From Lachnospiraceae bacterium (lineage in GTDB: Bacteria; Bacillota; Bacilli; Lactobacillales; Streptococcaceae): a stretch of 64,000 nucleotides of DNA. Position numbers and translations under genes: made by a program. Positions within the stretch are counted from its first letter, which is position 1. Every line of letters starts with the position of its first letter. The notes beneath the pieces were generated by a model. The model did not search any database and had not been told where the DNA came from. It was given only the letters and a program-made list of their open reading frames with translations. Shown here one piece after another: positions 9,517-22,353 of the stretch. The DNA lies in NCBI GenBank assembly GCA_963635745.1, contig CAVHFY010000003.1:8850-72849 (forward strand), given 5' to 3'.

Positions 9517-12154
9517 TGTTTAAAGCTTTAAGTAACTCCTTATTTGTATTATTTTCCTGCCATTTAATTCTATAATTCAAAAAGAATCTTAAGAAAATGT
9601 ACAGCATGAGTCCTATTGTAGAAAGGATTAGACCCGTTTTAAATCCATTTGGGATAAAGGTTAGTGTAACAGTGCCTGAACCTTTTGGGATAGGCACTGT
9701 CATAAACCCTTCTTGAGCTTGAGAAACAGTGACTTTTTTTCCATTGACAGTAGCTGACCATCCCTTGTCATAAGGAATGGTATAAAATAAGGAGGAGTTG
9801 CTATCAGTAGAAAAATGGCTAATGACTTGATTGCCTGAAACGGTTGTGTTAACTTTTCGATTCTTTAAGCTAGTCATAGCTGTCGTATAGTTTGGGATAT
9901 TCAGCGCATAGAAGGTTGGTCTGGAATAGCTCACTTCTTGTGTATCTGGGAATTGAAGCGTTACAGAGACTTGCGTATTCTGAGAGAAGTAACCAATGTT
10001 AAAGAAACTAAAGGTATTGTCTGTTGTAAATTGTTGAACTTTTCCATCAACTGCAATTTGTACTGTCGAATTAGAACTCGTACCAAAAGATAGATTTGGA
10101 AGACTAAGGTAAACTTGACGTTCAGCAGGCACGTTGACAAGATATGTGACAGTAGTGTAAATATCATTTACAGGTTTTTTAATGGAAACAAAGCCATTAT
10201 TATCAATTATATTGTCGTTTTCTTGCAAGGTGCTTGTCAATCTTGTGAAGTATTGTAAATTTAATCCCGTTAGTTGATTGACTAGTCTTGATTGGTTGTC
10301 TAGGGTATTCAGATTGAAGGTAACATCCTGATAAGGACCATTTGTCATCACGGCTAAGGAATTAGCGTAGTTATTTTGATAAAGATAAAGATTATTGATT
10401 TGTTTATTGAGAGAAAAACCAAATTTTTCTGGATTCTGCTGGCTAATATTATAGCGAATACCAAAGAGGCTATCCATTAAAAGCGTGTTATTTTGGTAGC
10501 GTAAATTCAAATTAGTGCCACTTGACTTGAAACCTAGTAAGTCTAAAGTATGACTGGAATGTGTATTGCGAATAGATGAAAATTGTGAAATTCCATTATA
10601 GTCAAACTTCATGCTATCATTGCCGGTTTGAGGAAGCAACTCCTCCATGCGAAAGAAATCAGTGTTTTCTGATTTAGCTTTTTTAACGAGTGTTTCAGTT
10701 TGTGAGAGATTTTGAAGGTAACCTTGTTTTGAAGGAAAATTCCATTCATTTCCTAAACCGACTACTTGATAGTAAGTATTGATGGAAATTTCAAATAGAC
10801 CAAAGCCAAGTAAAATCAAGAAAAATAAGGAAGTTTGTAATTTATGATGAATGATCCCCCAGAAAGCTAATAGATACGCTAAAAGAAAAGTTAAGCTGAT
10901 GATAAAGTTGAAAGATTCTAAAAACGTGTAATGGTTTGAAAAAATCCAGGTGGCGAAAAAGCCAAAAGAGATTAAACTGAAACTTAATGAAATGTGTAGT
11001 GTTTTTACCTGATCAATTCTAGTCAATACCTCAGCTGATAAAATAATCAAGATAAAGGATAAAAGCCAAGCATACCGATGGAGAAACATATTTGGTGCAT
11101 GCATAGCTTGCCAGATCAAATCCAGAGGCTGTATATAAAAGCTAGCAACTATTAAAGCAATCAGACAAAAATAGGCTATTCTAACCGTTCGTTTAATAGA
11201 TGGCATGACAAAGAAAATGAAGGTTAAAGATAAAGGAATTAATCCTACATAAACCATTGGAATAGCACCGTATTTAGTTGTGTCATAAGATGCTACCAAA
11301 TTTTTTGCAAAGAGGTCAAGATACCAACTATTTTCTGTTAACAACTGTGTAAACTGTGAAAATTGTTCTCCATGACTAGATAAGTCTAGATAGCTAGGTA
11401 TCAGCATGATAGAGCTTGACAAAGTTGACAACAAAGAGACTATAATAAAGAGAAAAAAACGTCGCCACCTTTGTTTGAATTGCCAGGAAATTTGAACAAG
11501 ACAATAGAAAAATAGAAAAATAGCTACCATGTAACCAAGATAGTAGTTTTCGATGAACAGGAAGGTTAAGGTGATAAAGTAAAGGGTAGTTTTCTTTTGA
11601 GTGATAAGCTGGTGTAGGCCGAGAACTATTAAAGGGAGAATCATGAAGACATCTAGCCACATATTGATTTCCAATTGACTAGTCGCAAAACTCATCAAAC
11701 TATAAGAAGTTGACAATAGTAGTAAAGCACTGTAAGGTAGTCTGGAGTAAATTTTTCCAAGACTGTAGGAGGTTGTTAGACCAATGACACCAAATTTCAG
11801 TAATGTGATGAAATAGATACCATTAGCCATACTCTCTGCTGTAAAAAAATAGTAAATCAGAGAGAATAAGGAACCTAGATAATAACCAATAAGAGCGTAG
11901 AAATTGAGCCCAGCACCACTTGTAAAGGTATAAAAGATACTTCCTTCTCCATGTAACATACGGCTGAGAGTAGAAGCGAAAATGGCGTATTGGTGAAAGG
12001 CATCACTGACTAATATTGTTGTATTACTATTCCAGTAAATTCCACGGCTGTATAGAACTAAAGCCATAATACAAAATGGGAGTAAAAAACTGGTCGTTCT
12101 TGTGTAAAGTAAAGGATGTCTTTTTAGAGACACCCTTAAATATTTGAACATCAT
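9512..12154 (-). CDS. yfhO: YfhO family membrane glycosyltransferase (GT-C type)
   Basis: About 880 aa, multi-TM; DAFHQY, G.GLNFY..YYLGS, MFLHRY and TIPYDKGW motifs. ATGA overlap with the upstream ABC-F stop. Confidence 0.9.
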   Translation of the reverse strand: MMFKYLRVSLKRHPLLYTRTTSFLLPFCIMALVLYSRGIYWNSNTTILVSDAFHQYAIFASTLSRMLHGEGSIFYTFTSGAGLNFYALIGYYLGSLFSLIYYFFTAESMANGIYFITLLKFGVIGLTTSYSLGKIYSRLPYSALLLLSTSYSLMSFATSQLEINMWLDVFMILPLIVLGLHQLITQKKTTLYFITLTFLFIENYYLGYMVAIFLFFYCLVQISWQFKQRWRRFFLFIIVSLLSTLSSSIMLIPSYLDLSSHGEQFSQFTQLLTENSWYLDLFAKNLVASYDTTKYGAIPMVYVGLIPLSLTFIFFVMPSIKRTVRIAYFCLIALIVASFYIQPLDLIWQAMHAPNMFLHRYAWLLSFILIILSAEVLTRIDQVKTLHISLSFSLISFGFFATWIFSNHYTFLESFNFIISLTFLLAYLLAFWGIIHHKLQTSLFFLILLGFGLFEISINTYYQVVGLGNEWNFPSKQGYLQNLSQTETLVKKAKSENTDFFRMEELLPQTGNDSMKFDYNGISQFSSIRNTHSSHTLDLLGFKSSGTNLNLRYQNNTLLMDSLFGIRYNISQQNPEKFGFSLNKQINNLYLYQNNYANSLAVMTNGPYQDVTFNLNTLDNQSRLVNQLTGLNLQYFTRLTSTLQENDNIIDNNGFVSIKKPVNDIYTTVTYLVNVPAERQVYLSLPNLSFGTSSNSTVQIAVDGKVQQFTTDNTFSFFNIGYFSQNTQVSVTLQFPDTQEVSYSRPTFYALNIPNYTTAMTSLKNRKVNTTVSGNQVISHFSTDSNSSLFYTIPYDKGWSATVNGKKVTVSQAQEGFMTVPIPKGSGTVTLTFIPNGFKTGLILSTIGLMLYIFLRFFLNYRIKWQENNTNKELLKALNK

Positions 12155-13770
12155 TGCCACAGTTCAGCCACCTTTTCTTGGACCTCTGTATTTTCTAGGA
12201 ATTCATCATACGTTTCGTCAATGCGGTCGATGACACCGTTAGATGAAATCACGACAATATGGTTTGCAAGTGTTTGAATAAATTCATGGTCATGGCTAGC
12301 AAAAATAATTGACTGATTAAAGTTCTTTAAGCCGTCATTTAAACTGGAGATGGATTCCAAATCCAAGTGGTTAGTAGGATCGTCAAGGACGAGGACATTC
12401 GATTTAAGGAGCATCAATTTAGATAGCATGACGCGGACCTTTTCTCCCCCTGACAGAACGTTGACAGATTTGTTAACCTCATCACCAGAAAAGAGCATTC
12501 TTCCCAAAAAACCGCGTAGGAAAGTATTGTCATCTTCTTCTTTACTAGCAAATTGTCGCAACCAGTCAAGAATAGTTTCCCCGTTAGCAAAATCTTTAGA
12601 ATTATCTTTTGGTAGGTAAGATTGACTAGTGGTGACACCCCACTTTACAGTTCCTTCGTACGGAATTTCTCCCATGATAGCACGGATAAGAGCTGTCGTT
12701 TGAATATCATTTTGTCCAATAATGGCAGTTTTGTCTCCTGGATTGAGAATAAAGCTAATATTATCTAGCACTTTTTCGCCATCAATAGTGACAGATAAGT
12801 TTTCAACAGTTAGAAGGTCGTTACCAATTTCACGTTCAGCTTTAAAATTGATAAATGGGTATTTACGGCTGGAAGGAACAATCTCTTCAAGCTCGATCTT
12901 GTCCAACATTTTTTTACGGGAAGTTGCTTGTTTAGATTTTGAAGCATTGGCTGAGAAGCGTGCCACGAATTCTTGTAATTCTTTAATTTTCTCTTCGGCT
13001 TTGGCATTGCGATCAGCTTGTAATTTTGCGGCAAGTTCGGACGATTCTTTCCAAAAGTCATAGTTTCCGACATAAAGTTTAATCTTTCCAAAATCCAAGT
13101 CAGCCATATGGGTACAAACTTTGTTAAGAAAATGGCGGTCGTGGGAAACTACGATAACGGTATTTTCAAAATCAATCAGAAAATCTTCCAACCAGTTAAT
13201 AGATTGGATGTCTAAACCATTGGTTGGTTCATCAAGCAAGAGAACATCAGGTTGTCCAAATAACGCTTTTGCCAAGAGGACTTTAACCTTATCCCCATTG
13301 GCTAATTCACTCATGTTTTGGTAATGGAGGTCCTCAGGGATATTTAAATTTTGTAAAAGTTGAGCAGCTTCTGTTTCAGCTTCCCAGCCCCCTAATTCAG
13401 CAAACTGACCTTCCAATTCGGCTACTCGAACACCATCTTCTTCTGAAAAATCAGCTTTCATATAAATGGCATCTTTCTCTTTCATAATGTCATAGAGTTC
13501 TTGATTTCCCATGATGACGACATCGATAGCGCGTTCTTCTTCGTAGTCAAAATGGTTTTGTCGCAAAACAGATAAGCGTTCATTTGGCCCCAAAGCAACA
13601 TGACCAGTTGATGGTTCAATATCCCCAGCAAGTATTTTTAAAAAAGTTGATTTTCCAGCACCATTGGCTCCAATGAGTCCATAGGTGTTACCAGGTGTAA
13701 ACTTAATATTAACCTCGTCAAACAGTTTTCGGTCGCTAAAGCGTAATGAGATATCGGATACAGTAAGCAA
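12151..13770 (-). CDS. ABC-F family ATPase (YbiT/YkpA-like, two NBDs, no TM)
   Basis: GANGAGKST, LLLDEPTNGLD, linker FSANASKSKQATSRKK, second NBD LSGGEK. TTG start after a GAGG RBS. Confidence 0.93.
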   Translation of the reverse strand: MLTVSDISLRFSDRKLFDEVNIKFTPGNTYGLIGANGAGKSTFLKILAGDIEPSTGHVALGPNERLSVLRQNHFDYEEERAIDVVIMGNQELYDIMKEKDAIYMKADFSEEDGVRVAELEGQFAELGGWEAETEAAQLLQNLNIPEDLHYQNMSELANGDKVKVLLAKALFGQPDVLLLDEPTNGLDIQSINWLEDFLIDFENTVIVVSHDRHFLNKVCTHMADLDFGKIKLYVGNYDFWKESSELAAKLQADRNAKAEEKIKELQEFVARFSANASKSKQATSRKKMLDKIELEEIVPSSRKYPFINFKAEREIGNDLLTVENLSVTIDGEKVLDNISFILNPGDKTAIIGQNDIQTTALIRAIMGEIPYEGTVKWGVTTSQSYLPKDNSKDFANGETILDWLRQFASKEEDDNTFLRGFLGRMLFSGDEVNKSVNVLSGGEKVRVMLSKLMLLKSNVLVLDDPTNHLDLESISSLNDGLKNFNQSIIFASHDHEFIQTLANHIVVISSNGVIDRIDETYDEFLENTEVQEKVAELWQ

Positions 13771-13868
13771 ATGAATTACCTCTTTTTTTCTTATTAGAAT
13801 GTGTCATCTTATTCTACAAGAAAAATGTAATTTTATCAACGACATAAGGTTATTAAGCAAACAGGTAC

Positions 13869-13898
13869 TTGACGCAAGGCAAGTGCATATACTATAAT
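13869..13898 (+). promoter_or_regulatory. sigma-A promoter of the trpS leader
   Basis: TTGACG-18 nt-TATAAT. Confidence 0.75.
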
Positions 13899-13903
13899 CA
13901 AAA

Positions 13904-14140
13904 GTACCAGAAAGAGTAACTATCGTATTTACTTTTAGAGAGCTTGTGGGTGCTGTAAACAAGTAGTAAAGGTAGTGGAATGGGCTGGGTGTTTTGAAGA
14001 AGGAAATATCTTCAGGGTTAACATTCCTTATCGTGTTTTCCAACTTGGAATTGAGTGTAAACATTGTTTTACAAACTGAGGTGGCACCGTGTTATAGTTA
14101 TTTGACGCCCTCACACAGATTTTTTCTGTGTGTTTTTTTA
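13904..14140 (+). ncRNA. T-box riboswitch (Trp)
   Basis: AGTA, AGAGA and GCTG stem-I motifs; GAA-TGG specifier (UGG at 13981-13983); T-box GAGGTGGCACCGTG at 14078-14091; terminator ACACAGA...TCTGTGT-TTTTTT; sits upstream of trpS. Confidence 0.92.
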
Positions 14141-14194
14141 TCGTTTTAATTTTAAAGAAAGGTTAACTCCTCAGTGGGGTTATTTGGTGGAAGT

Positions 14195-15220
14195 ATGTCT
14201 AAACCAATTATTTTAACAGGAGACCGTCCTACAGGAAAATTGCACTTAGGGCATTATGTAGGAAGCCTAAAAAATCGAGTATCTCTTCAAGCTGATGGAA
14301 AGTACGATATGTACGTTTTTTTGGCGGACCAGCAAGCCTTAACCGATCACGCTAAAGAATCTGAAAAAATCGAAGAATCTATCGGCAACGTTGCTCTTGA
14401 TTACTTAGCTGCTGGCTTAGATCCTGAAAAAGTGACTATTTTTATACAGAGTCAGATTCCAGAGTTGGCAGAATTGACCATGTACTATATGAATTTAGTA
14501 TCTGTTTCTCGTTTGGAACGTAATCCAACAGTTAAAACTGAGATAGCTCAAAAACAATTTGGAGAAAGTATTCCATCTGGTTTCTTGGTTTATCCAGTGT
14601 CACAAGCAGCGGATATTACAGCATTTAAAGCTAATTATGTCCCTGTCGGCAATGATCAAAAACCAATGATTGAACAAACCCGTGAGATTGTCCGGTCATT
14701 TAATCATACCTATCATACGGATATCTTGGTTGAACCTGAAGGTATTTTTCCTGAAAATGAAGCAGCAGGTCGTTTACCAGGTCTAGACGGCAATGCTAAA
14801 ATGTCTAAATCATTGGGCAATGGGATTTATCTTAGTGATGATGCTGATACGGTTCGAAAAAAAGTTATGAGCATGTACACGGATCCAAATCATATTCGTG
14901 TTGAAGATCCAGGACAAGTCGAAGGAAATATGGTTTTTCATTATTTGGATATTTTTGGTCGCGAGGAAGATCAAGCAACCATAGCAGAGATGAAAGATCA
15001 CTACCAAAAAGGTGGATTAGGGGACGTTAAAACGAAACGTTACCTTCTTGATATCCTAGAGCGTGAATTGTCACCGATTCGCGAACGCCGTTTGGAATAT
15101 GCCAAGGACATGGGTGAGGTGTTTAGGATGTTACAAAAAGGTAGTGAAAAAGCACGTGAAAAAGCTGCTAAAACTCTGGATGAGGTAAAATCAGCTATGG
15201 GCATTAATTACTTTAAATAG
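14195..15220 (+). CDS. trpS: Tryptophan--tRNA ligase
   Basis: [13 protein letters not shown] (HIGH-like), [12 protein letters not shown]. Confidence 0.98.
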   Translation: MSKPIILTGDRPTGKLHLGHYVGSLKNRVSLQADGKYDMYVFLADQQALTDHAKESEKIEESIGNVALDYLAAGLDPEKVTIFIQSQIPELAELTMYYMNLVSVSRLERNPTVKTEIAQKQFGESIPSGFLVYPVSQAADITAFKANYVPVGNDQKPMIEQTREIVRSFNHTYHTDILVEPEGIFPENEAAGRLPGLDGNAKMSKSLGNGIYLSDDADTVRKKVMSMYTDPNHIRVEDPGQVEGNMVFHYLDIFGREEDQATIAEMKDHYQKGGLGDVKTKRYLLDILERELSPIRERRLEYAKDMGEVFRMLQKGSEKAREKAAKTLDEVKSAMGINYFK

Positions 15221-15336
15221 TCTAATCGTCAATAGATTAAAATGGAATGATTTTTAGTCGTAAATTTCTCAGAACCATTTGATTGATTTTGATACCAGAA
15301 AACGTGTTGACAAAATAATTTAGAGTGTTATCATAG

Positions 15337-16866
<1,530 letters not shown>

Positions 16867-16869
<3 letters not shown>

Positions 16870-16908
16870 TAAAAGAAGGTTGACAAATTTGTCAACCTTC
16901 TTTTATTA
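16867..16908. terminator. Bidirectional terminator; perfect 42-bp palindrome overlapping both stop codons
   Basis: TAATAAAAGAAGGTTGACAAA|TTTGTCAACCTTCTTTTATTA. Confidence 0.85.
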
Positions 16909-17986
16909 TATTTCCTTGATTAATCGTGTAGACTCTAAGGTCTTCGGGTAATTGTGAGAGGTGAGAGAGATGTGTCGTTGTAATGAATGTTTGAATTTTA
17001 TCCTTAACTCCAGAGAGTAAACGAGATTGACGGTTGCTGTCAAGCTCACTCATAACATCGTCAAGTAGTAGTAAAGGAGTATTTCCAGTATATTTTTCCA
17101 TGAGTTCTACTTCAGCTAATTTGAGAGATAAAATCAAACTTCGTTGCTGTCCTTGACTACCAAAATTGGCATTAGTGGCGTTAATGGTAAAGAGAAGGTC
17201 ATCACGGTGTGGACCAATGCTCGTTGTTTTTCTAAAAATATCGCGAGATTGATTGACCTGTAAAGCTTGAAGAAAATCAGTTTCAATGGTGTCTTGTTCA
17301 GTCATTTCAAAAGAAGACTTGTAAGTAATGGTAAGGTGCTCTTTTTCTTGTGACAACCGATAATGCTGGTGATCGGCTAGAATAGATAACTGATCCACAA
17401 AATCCAAGCGATGACGAATAACGCGTGCTCCATGATTTGCTAATTGTTGATCAAGGACATTTAAAAAAGTCGTATCAACTGTAGCTGTTGTCTTGAGATA
17501 AGCATTGCGTTGTTTTAACACATAGTTATACTGAGCGATATCGTTTAAATAGAGAGGTCGCATTTGTCCCAAATCAATATCCATAAACTTTCTTCGTAAA
17601 CTTGGGCTACCTTTGACAAGTTGTAAATCCTCAGGAGCAAATAAGACGACATTCAGGTGCCCAATATAATCAGACAGTTTAGCTTGTTTTAAATGGTTAA
17701 CTTTTGTCATTCGTCCCTTTGTTGACAGTTGAATGTCAAGAGGGTAATGGCTGGATGACGTATGAACCTCACCTGAAACGTTAAGAAAGTCTTCATTAAA
17801 CTGGATAAGTTCTTTATCTTTATGTGTTCGGTGCGTTCGTGTTAAAGCAAGAAAATAGATTGCTTCTAAAAGATTGGTTTTTCCCTGAGCATTATCTCCG
17901 ATGAAAACATTAAGGTGAGGGGAAAAGGTTGTTTCTAATTGGGAATAGTTGCGAAAATGTTGTAATTTAATAGAAGAAAGCCACAT
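16892..17986 (-). CDS. recF: DNA replication/repair protein RecF
   Basis: [37 protein letters not shown]. Start ATG 17986 (MWLSS). Confidence 0.98.
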   Translation of the reverse strand: MWLSSIKLQHFRNYSQLETTFSPHLNVFIGDNAQGKTNLLEAIYFLALTRTHRTHKDKELIQFNEDFLNVSGEVHTSSSHYPLDIQLSTKGRMTKVNHLKQAKLSDYIGHLNVVLFAPEDLQLVKGSPSLRRKFMDIDLGQMRPLYLNDIAQYNYVLKQRNAYLKTTATVDTTFLNVLDQQLANHGARVIRHRLDFVDQLSILADHQHYRLSQEKEHLTITYKSSFEMTEQDTIETDFLQALQVNQSRDIFRKTTSIGPHRDDLLFTINATNANFGSQGQQRSLILSLKLAEVELMEKYTGNTPLLLLDDVMSELDSNRQSRLLSGVKDKIQTFITTTHLSHLSQLPEDLRVYTINQGNIIKEG

Positions 17987-17987
17987 A

Positions 17988-18356
17988 TTATCTTCCTGGA
18001 AAACGCACGCTAATTTTAGTTGAGTCCGTTTTTTTTGTTTGTTGTTTCTTTTTTGGGGCTGTAGTATTGAGAGCCTTAACACGCGCTTGAATACGCGCCT
18101 TTTCCTCTTGGTCAGCTAAATACCTTTGCCTTTCTGTCTCAGTAGGGGCAATAACTGTAATGTGAATCCCTTGGGAAGGGACAGCAACGCTATCACCAAT
18201 ATACACCTTTTTACGACGACGCGTTTCAACGTGACCATTGTAGGTAATGGCTTCGTTAGCAATCCATTCTTTTATAGCTCCGCCACTTTGGATAAGTCCT
18301 GTTTTTTTTAAAAGAGCTTGCAAAGGGATGTAGTCTTCAAATAATACGAATTCCAT
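17988..18356 (-). CDS. S4-domain RNA-binding protein (Bacillus YaaA-type)
   Basis: [26 protein letters not shown]; lies upstream of recF. Confidence 0.92.
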   Translation of the reverse strand: MEFVLFEDYIPLQALLKKTGLIQSGGAIKEWIANEAITYNGHVETRRRKKVYIGDSVAVPSQGIHITVIAPTETERQRYLADQEEKARIQARVKALNTTAPKKKQQTKKTDSTKISVRFPGR

Positions 18357-18482
18357 GTGTTTTCCTTTCTTTACTTAAGCCATATTATAACATAAGAAAA
18401 AAGCTTTTGAAGTTTCAGAAATGTCCTCTAAATTTTGATATAATAGGACACAAGATTTTAGTTTACTATAAGGAGAAAACTC

Positions 18483-19025
18483 ATGTGGAAAAAAGAAAAT
18501 ATTCCTAATTTATTGACTGTTGGACGTATTGTCATGATTCCTATTTTTATTTTGATAACAGCATTGACAAATACCATAACTTGGCATATTATTGCAGCCA
18601 TTATTTTTGCTTTGGCAAGTTTCACCGATTATCTCGATGGTTACTTGGCACGAAAATGGCAAGTTGTGACAAATTTTGGGAAATTTGCAGATCCATTAGC
18701 TGACAAAATGTTAGTGATGTCGGCTTTTATCATGCTCGTCGGTTTGAAACTAGCCCCAGCTTGGATAATCGCTATTATAATTTGCCGAGAGTTAGCTGTT
18801 ACAGGGTTACGCTTATTGCTTGTAGAAAATGGTGGGACTGTACTTGCTGCTGCTATGCCTGGTAAGATAAAAACAGTGACTCAAATGCTTGCGATTATTC
18901 TACTTTTTTGTCACTTGTCTCTTTTGGGAAATATTTTTCTCTATATTGCACTAGTTTTTACTATTTATTCTGGGTATGATTACTTCAAAGGGGCAAGTTA
19001 TTTATTTAAGGATACTTTTCAATAA
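18483..19025 (+). CDS. pgsA: CDP-diacylglycerol--glycerol-3-phosphate 3-phosphatidyltransferase
   Basis: NIPNLLT, TDYLDGYLAR..VTNFGKFADPLADK. Confidence 0.98.
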   Translation: MWKKENIPNLLTVGRIVMIPIFILITALTNTITWHIIAAIIFALASFTDYLDGYLARKWQVVTNFGKFADPLADKMLVMSAFIMLVGLKLAPAWIIAIIICRELAVTGLRLLLVENGGTVLAAAMPGKIKTVTQMLAIILLFCHLSLLGNIFLYIALVFTIYSGYDYFKGASYLFKDTFQ

Positions 19026-19036
19026 GGGAAATCTCC

Positions 19037-19867
19037 ATGATTACTTTTAAGGATATCTCCTTTTCATATGATAAGGAAAAAAAAGACAAAACCTTGGATG
19101 GGTTATCGTTTCACGTGAAACCTGGCGAATGGATTTCTATTGTTGGCCATAATGGTAGCGGAAAGTCAACGACTGTTCGCTTGATGGACGGTTTATTAGA
19201 GGCAGATTCTGGTCATATAATTATTGATGGTGATAGATTAACAATCGAAAATGTTTGGCAAATAAGACGAAAAATTGGTATGGTGTTCCAAAATCCAGAT
19301 AATCAATTTGTGGGGGCAACAGTAGAAGATGATATCGCTTTTGGTCTTGAAAATCAAGGAATCCCTCACCATGAAATGGTGGAAAAAATCCAACAGGCAT
19401 TAGAACAGGTTCACATGACAGATTTTAGGGATCGTGAACCCTCACGACTATCTGGTGGACAAAAACAACGTGTGGCTATTGCGGGAGCCTTAGTCTTAGA
19501 ACCGAAAATTCTTGTACTAGATGAAGCGACCAGTATGTTAGACCCTGCTGCACGTGCAGAAATCACTGCTCTCATTCAAGAAATTCGTCAAAAACGAGGG
19601 TTGACTGTTCTTTCGGTGACTCATGATTTAGACGAAGTGGCATTAAGTGACCGAGTGTTAGTCTTGAAAAAAGGCCATTTGGTCATGGAAACGACACCTA
19701 AAGAATTGTTCTCACACCCTCAAGAACTTGAAGAGCTTGGGTTAGACCAACCATTTACAATGCAAGTAGTGGCTAGTCTTCGAAATACTATTCCGAATTG
19801 TCCAGATGATTATCTAACAGCGAAAGAATTGGAGAACTTGCTATGGGAATATCACTCAACCATGTAG
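19037..19867 (+). CDS. ecfA1: ECF transporter ATPase A1
   Basis: [42 protein letters not shown]. Confidence 0.96.
   Translation: MITFKDISFSYDKEKKDKTLDGLSFHVKPGEWISIVGHNGSGKSTTVRLMDGLLEADSGHIIIDGDRLTIENVWQIRRKIGMVFQNPDNQFVGATVEDDIAFGLENQGIPHHEMVEKIQQALEQVHMTDFRDREPSRLSGGQKQRVAIAGALVLEPKILVLDEATSMLDPAARAEITALIQEIRQKRGLTVLSVTHDLDEVALSDRVLVLKKGHLVMETTPKELFSHPQELEELGLDQPFTMQVVASLRNTIPNCPDDYLTAKELENLLWEYHSTM
19107..19122. promoter_or_regulatory. parS centromere site inside ecfA1
   Basis: cGTTTCACGTGAAACc, 14/16 match to TGTTTCACGTGAAACA. Confidence 0.85.
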
Positions 19868-20682
19868 ATTACACATATCAGAAAGGAACACCTTTTGAAG
19901 GTCGTGCTCTTTTCGATGTGAGTTTGACCATTCCAAGGGGTTCTTATACGGCTTTTATCGGGCATACAGGTAGTGGGAAATCAACGATTATGCAAATGCT
20001 AAATGGTTTGCATCTACCAACTACGGGGAGTATACATGTTGATGATTTCCAAGTAACCTCTGAAACAAAATCAAAGCATATTCGTTCGCTACGCAAAAAA
20101 GTCGGTTTGGTTTTTCAGTTTGCTGAAACACAATTATTTGCTGAAACAGTTCTCAGAGATGTCGCTTTTGGACCGCAAAATTTTGGGGTAACAGCTGCTG
20201 ATGCTAAAAAAATAGCTAAAGAAAAATTAACTTGTGTTGGCATTGATGAGTCTTTGTGGGATAAAAACCCATTTGAGTTATCTGGTGGTCAAATGCGTCG
20301 TGTCGCTATAGCGGGAATTTTAGCTTTAGAGCCGGAAATTTTAGTATTAGATGAGCCGACTGCAGGTTTAGATCCAAAAGGTCGCAAAGAGTTAATGCAG
20401 TTGTTTGATAATCTTCACCAGAGTGGACTTACAATTGTTTTGGTCACACACGTAATGGACGATGTCGCAAATTATGCGAACCTAGTTTATGTAATGGAAA
20501 ATGGTCATATGATTTGTTCTGGAAGCCCTCAAGAAGTTTTTCAAAAAGTTGCTTTTTTAAAAGAAAAGCAATTAGGTGTCCCTAAAATCACAGAATTGGC
20601 CTATAATCTTAGAGAAAAGGGGTGGCCTATGGATCAACTTCCTATAACGATTGAAGCTTTTAAGGAGCTGGTAAAAACATGA
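19843..20682 (+). CDS. ecfA2: ECF transporter ATPase A2
   Basis: [30 protein letters not shown]. Confidence 0.96.
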   Translation: MGISLNHVDYTYQKGTPFEGRALFDVSLTIPRGSYTAFIGHTGSGKSTIMQMLNGLHLPTTGSIHVDDFQVTSETKSKHIRSLRKKVGLVFQFAETQLFAETVLRDVAFGPQNFGVTAADAKKIAKEKLTCVGIDESLWDKNPFELSGGQMRRVAIAGILALEPEILVLDEPTAGLDPKGRKELMQLFDNLHQSGLTIVLVTHVMDDVANYANLVYVMENGHMICSGSPQEVFQKVAFLKEKQLGVPKITELAYNLREKGWPMDQLPITIEAFKELVKT

Positions 20683-21473
20683 ATAAAATGATACTTGGCC
20701 GTTATGTTCCAGGCAATTCCATTATTCACCGCCTAGACCCAAGAAGTAAATTGCTAGCAATGTTGGGATTTATTCTGATTGTCTTTTGGGCTAATAACAG
20801 TGTCACTAATGCTATCCTTTTAATTTTTATAGCAGTTCTTGTGAAATTATCAAAGATACGCCTGTCTTTTTTTATTGATGGGCTAAAACCAATGATCGGC
20901 TTAATCCTATTTACAACTGTCTTTCAGTTACTTTTTACAAGTGGTGGAAAGGATTTTTTTCATTGGGGAATTATTCATATTAGTTCTTATGGCATTAGCC
21001 AAGCACTCCTTGTCTTTCTTCGTTTTATTTTAATTATCTTTTTTTCAACTATTTTGACCTTAACAACGACACCCTTGAGTCTTTCGGATGCGGTAGAAAC
21101 GTTATTGAAGCCTCTTCGCTTTTTTAAAGTTCCAACTCATGAAATTGGGCTAATGCTGTCTTTGAGTTTACGTTTTGTCCCAACCCTTATGGATGATACA
21201 ACTCAAATCATGAATGCACAAAAGGCGCGTGGGGTGGATTTTGGAGAAGGCAATCTCGTAAAAAAAGTTAAATCAATTATCCCTATTTTAATTCCACTGT
21301 TTGCCATGAGTTTTAAGCGTGCAGATGCTTTGGCGATAGCAATGGAAGCACGAGGTTATCAAGGCGGTGATGGACGGACAAAATTTCGACAATTGCAGTG
21401 GAAAATGTCAGATAGTGTCACTATTTTGGTAATTATTATTCTTGGTATTGTCTTAAACTTTGCTAAATCGTAG
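20679..21473 (+). CDS. ecfT: ECF transporter transmembrane component T
   Basis: LDPRSK, LRFVPTL, AQKARG, AMEARGY. Confidence 0.96.
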   Translation: MNKMILGRYVPGNSIIHRLDPRSKLLAMLGFILIVFWANNSVTNAILLIFIAVLVKLSKIRLSFFIDGLKPMIGLILFTTVFQLLFTSGGKDFFHWGIIHISSYGISQALLVFLRFILIIFFSTILTLTTTPLSLSDAVETLLKPLRFFKVPTHEIGLMLSLSLRFVPTLMDDTTQIMNAQKARGVDFGEGNLVKKVKSIIPILIPLFAMSFKRADALAIAMEARGYQGGDGRTKFRQLQWKMSDSVTILVIIILGIVLNFAKS

Positions 21474-21597
21474 CTATGAAAGGGATTGCAGTAATAAAAA
21501 TGATACAAAACAGTTATAAAAGTAACTGTTTTTATATTGAAATGAAATAAACCTGCTGTAAGATAGTGCCCATATCACAAAAGGAGGGTATCATTTC

Positions 21598-22134
21598 ATG
21601 AATACTAAACTATCAAAAAAGAAATTTTTAAATAAAACTTTACTCGCTGGTGCTGTAGCTGGATTTGGATTGGCTTTCTCATCACAAGTAAGCGCAGAAT
21701 CATATACGGTACAATCAGGAGATACTTTATCACAGATTGCTGCTAATCATCAGACTAGTGTTGAAGCCATTGAAAATTTAAATCATATTTCAGCAGCGAA
21801 CTATATTTATGCTGGTCAAGTGTTGGAATTGGGAAATACAACAGAAAAGTCAACTACTTCTTCTAATACAGCAGCAGTAGCTTCAACTACCTCAAGTTCT
21901 TCTTTATCAGCCGCAGACGCTGCAGCTAAAGAAACCATTGCTCAACGCGAATCAAGTGGTAGCTACACGGCTTCAAATGGACAATATTATGGACGCTATC
22001 AATTGAGTTTGTCTTATCTCAATGGTGATTTGTCTCCGGAAAATCAAGAAAAAGTTGCAGATGCTTACGTGGCAGGCCGTTATGGTTCGTGGTCACAAGC
22101 TTTGGCTTTTTGGAATGCTAATGGTTGGTATTAA
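21598..22134 (+). CDS. Secreted LysM protein with C-terminal aggregation-promoting-factor/lysozyme-like domain
   Basis: Signal peptide ending VSA, LysM YTVQSGDTLSQIA, C-terminal IAQRESSGSY..YGRYQL..RYGSW..FWNANGWY. Confidence 0.9.
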   Translation: MNTKLSKKKFLNKTLLAGAVAGFGLAFSSQVSAESYTVQSGDTLSQIAANHQTSVEAIENLNHISAANYIYAGQVLELGNTTEKSTTSSNTAAVASTTSSSSLSAADAAAKETIAQRESSGSYTASNGQYYGRYQLSLSYLNGDLSPENQEKVADAYVAGRYGSWSQALAFWNANGWY

Positions 22135-22273
22135 AGGTCAGAAGATGACGAATAATTGGTTAAGGATTTTTTATTAAATATAGAATCCGTATTGACACAA
22201 TACGATTTGTTAAGTGCAGATTACCCTGATACGACTTTAAAAAAATACAAAACTGAAATATTTGTTTTCGAAT

Positions 22274-22290
22274 TGTAATGTTAATGTAAT
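22274..22290 (+). promoter_or_regulatory. WalR/VicR binding box
   Basis: TGTAAT-gttaa-TGTAAT, an exact TGTWAH-N5-TGTWAH match upstream of a cell-wall hydrolase gene. Confidence 0.75.
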
Positions 22291-22353
22291 ATTTCTAGTG
22301 TAGGCTAGGTAGTGTTGAAAAGTTCTAGTGAAAAGTTGTCAGGGAGGAAATTC

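Noticed and set aside
13804..14064. 86-aa minus-strand ORF
   Set aside because: Antisense to the trpS promoter and T-box; spurious.
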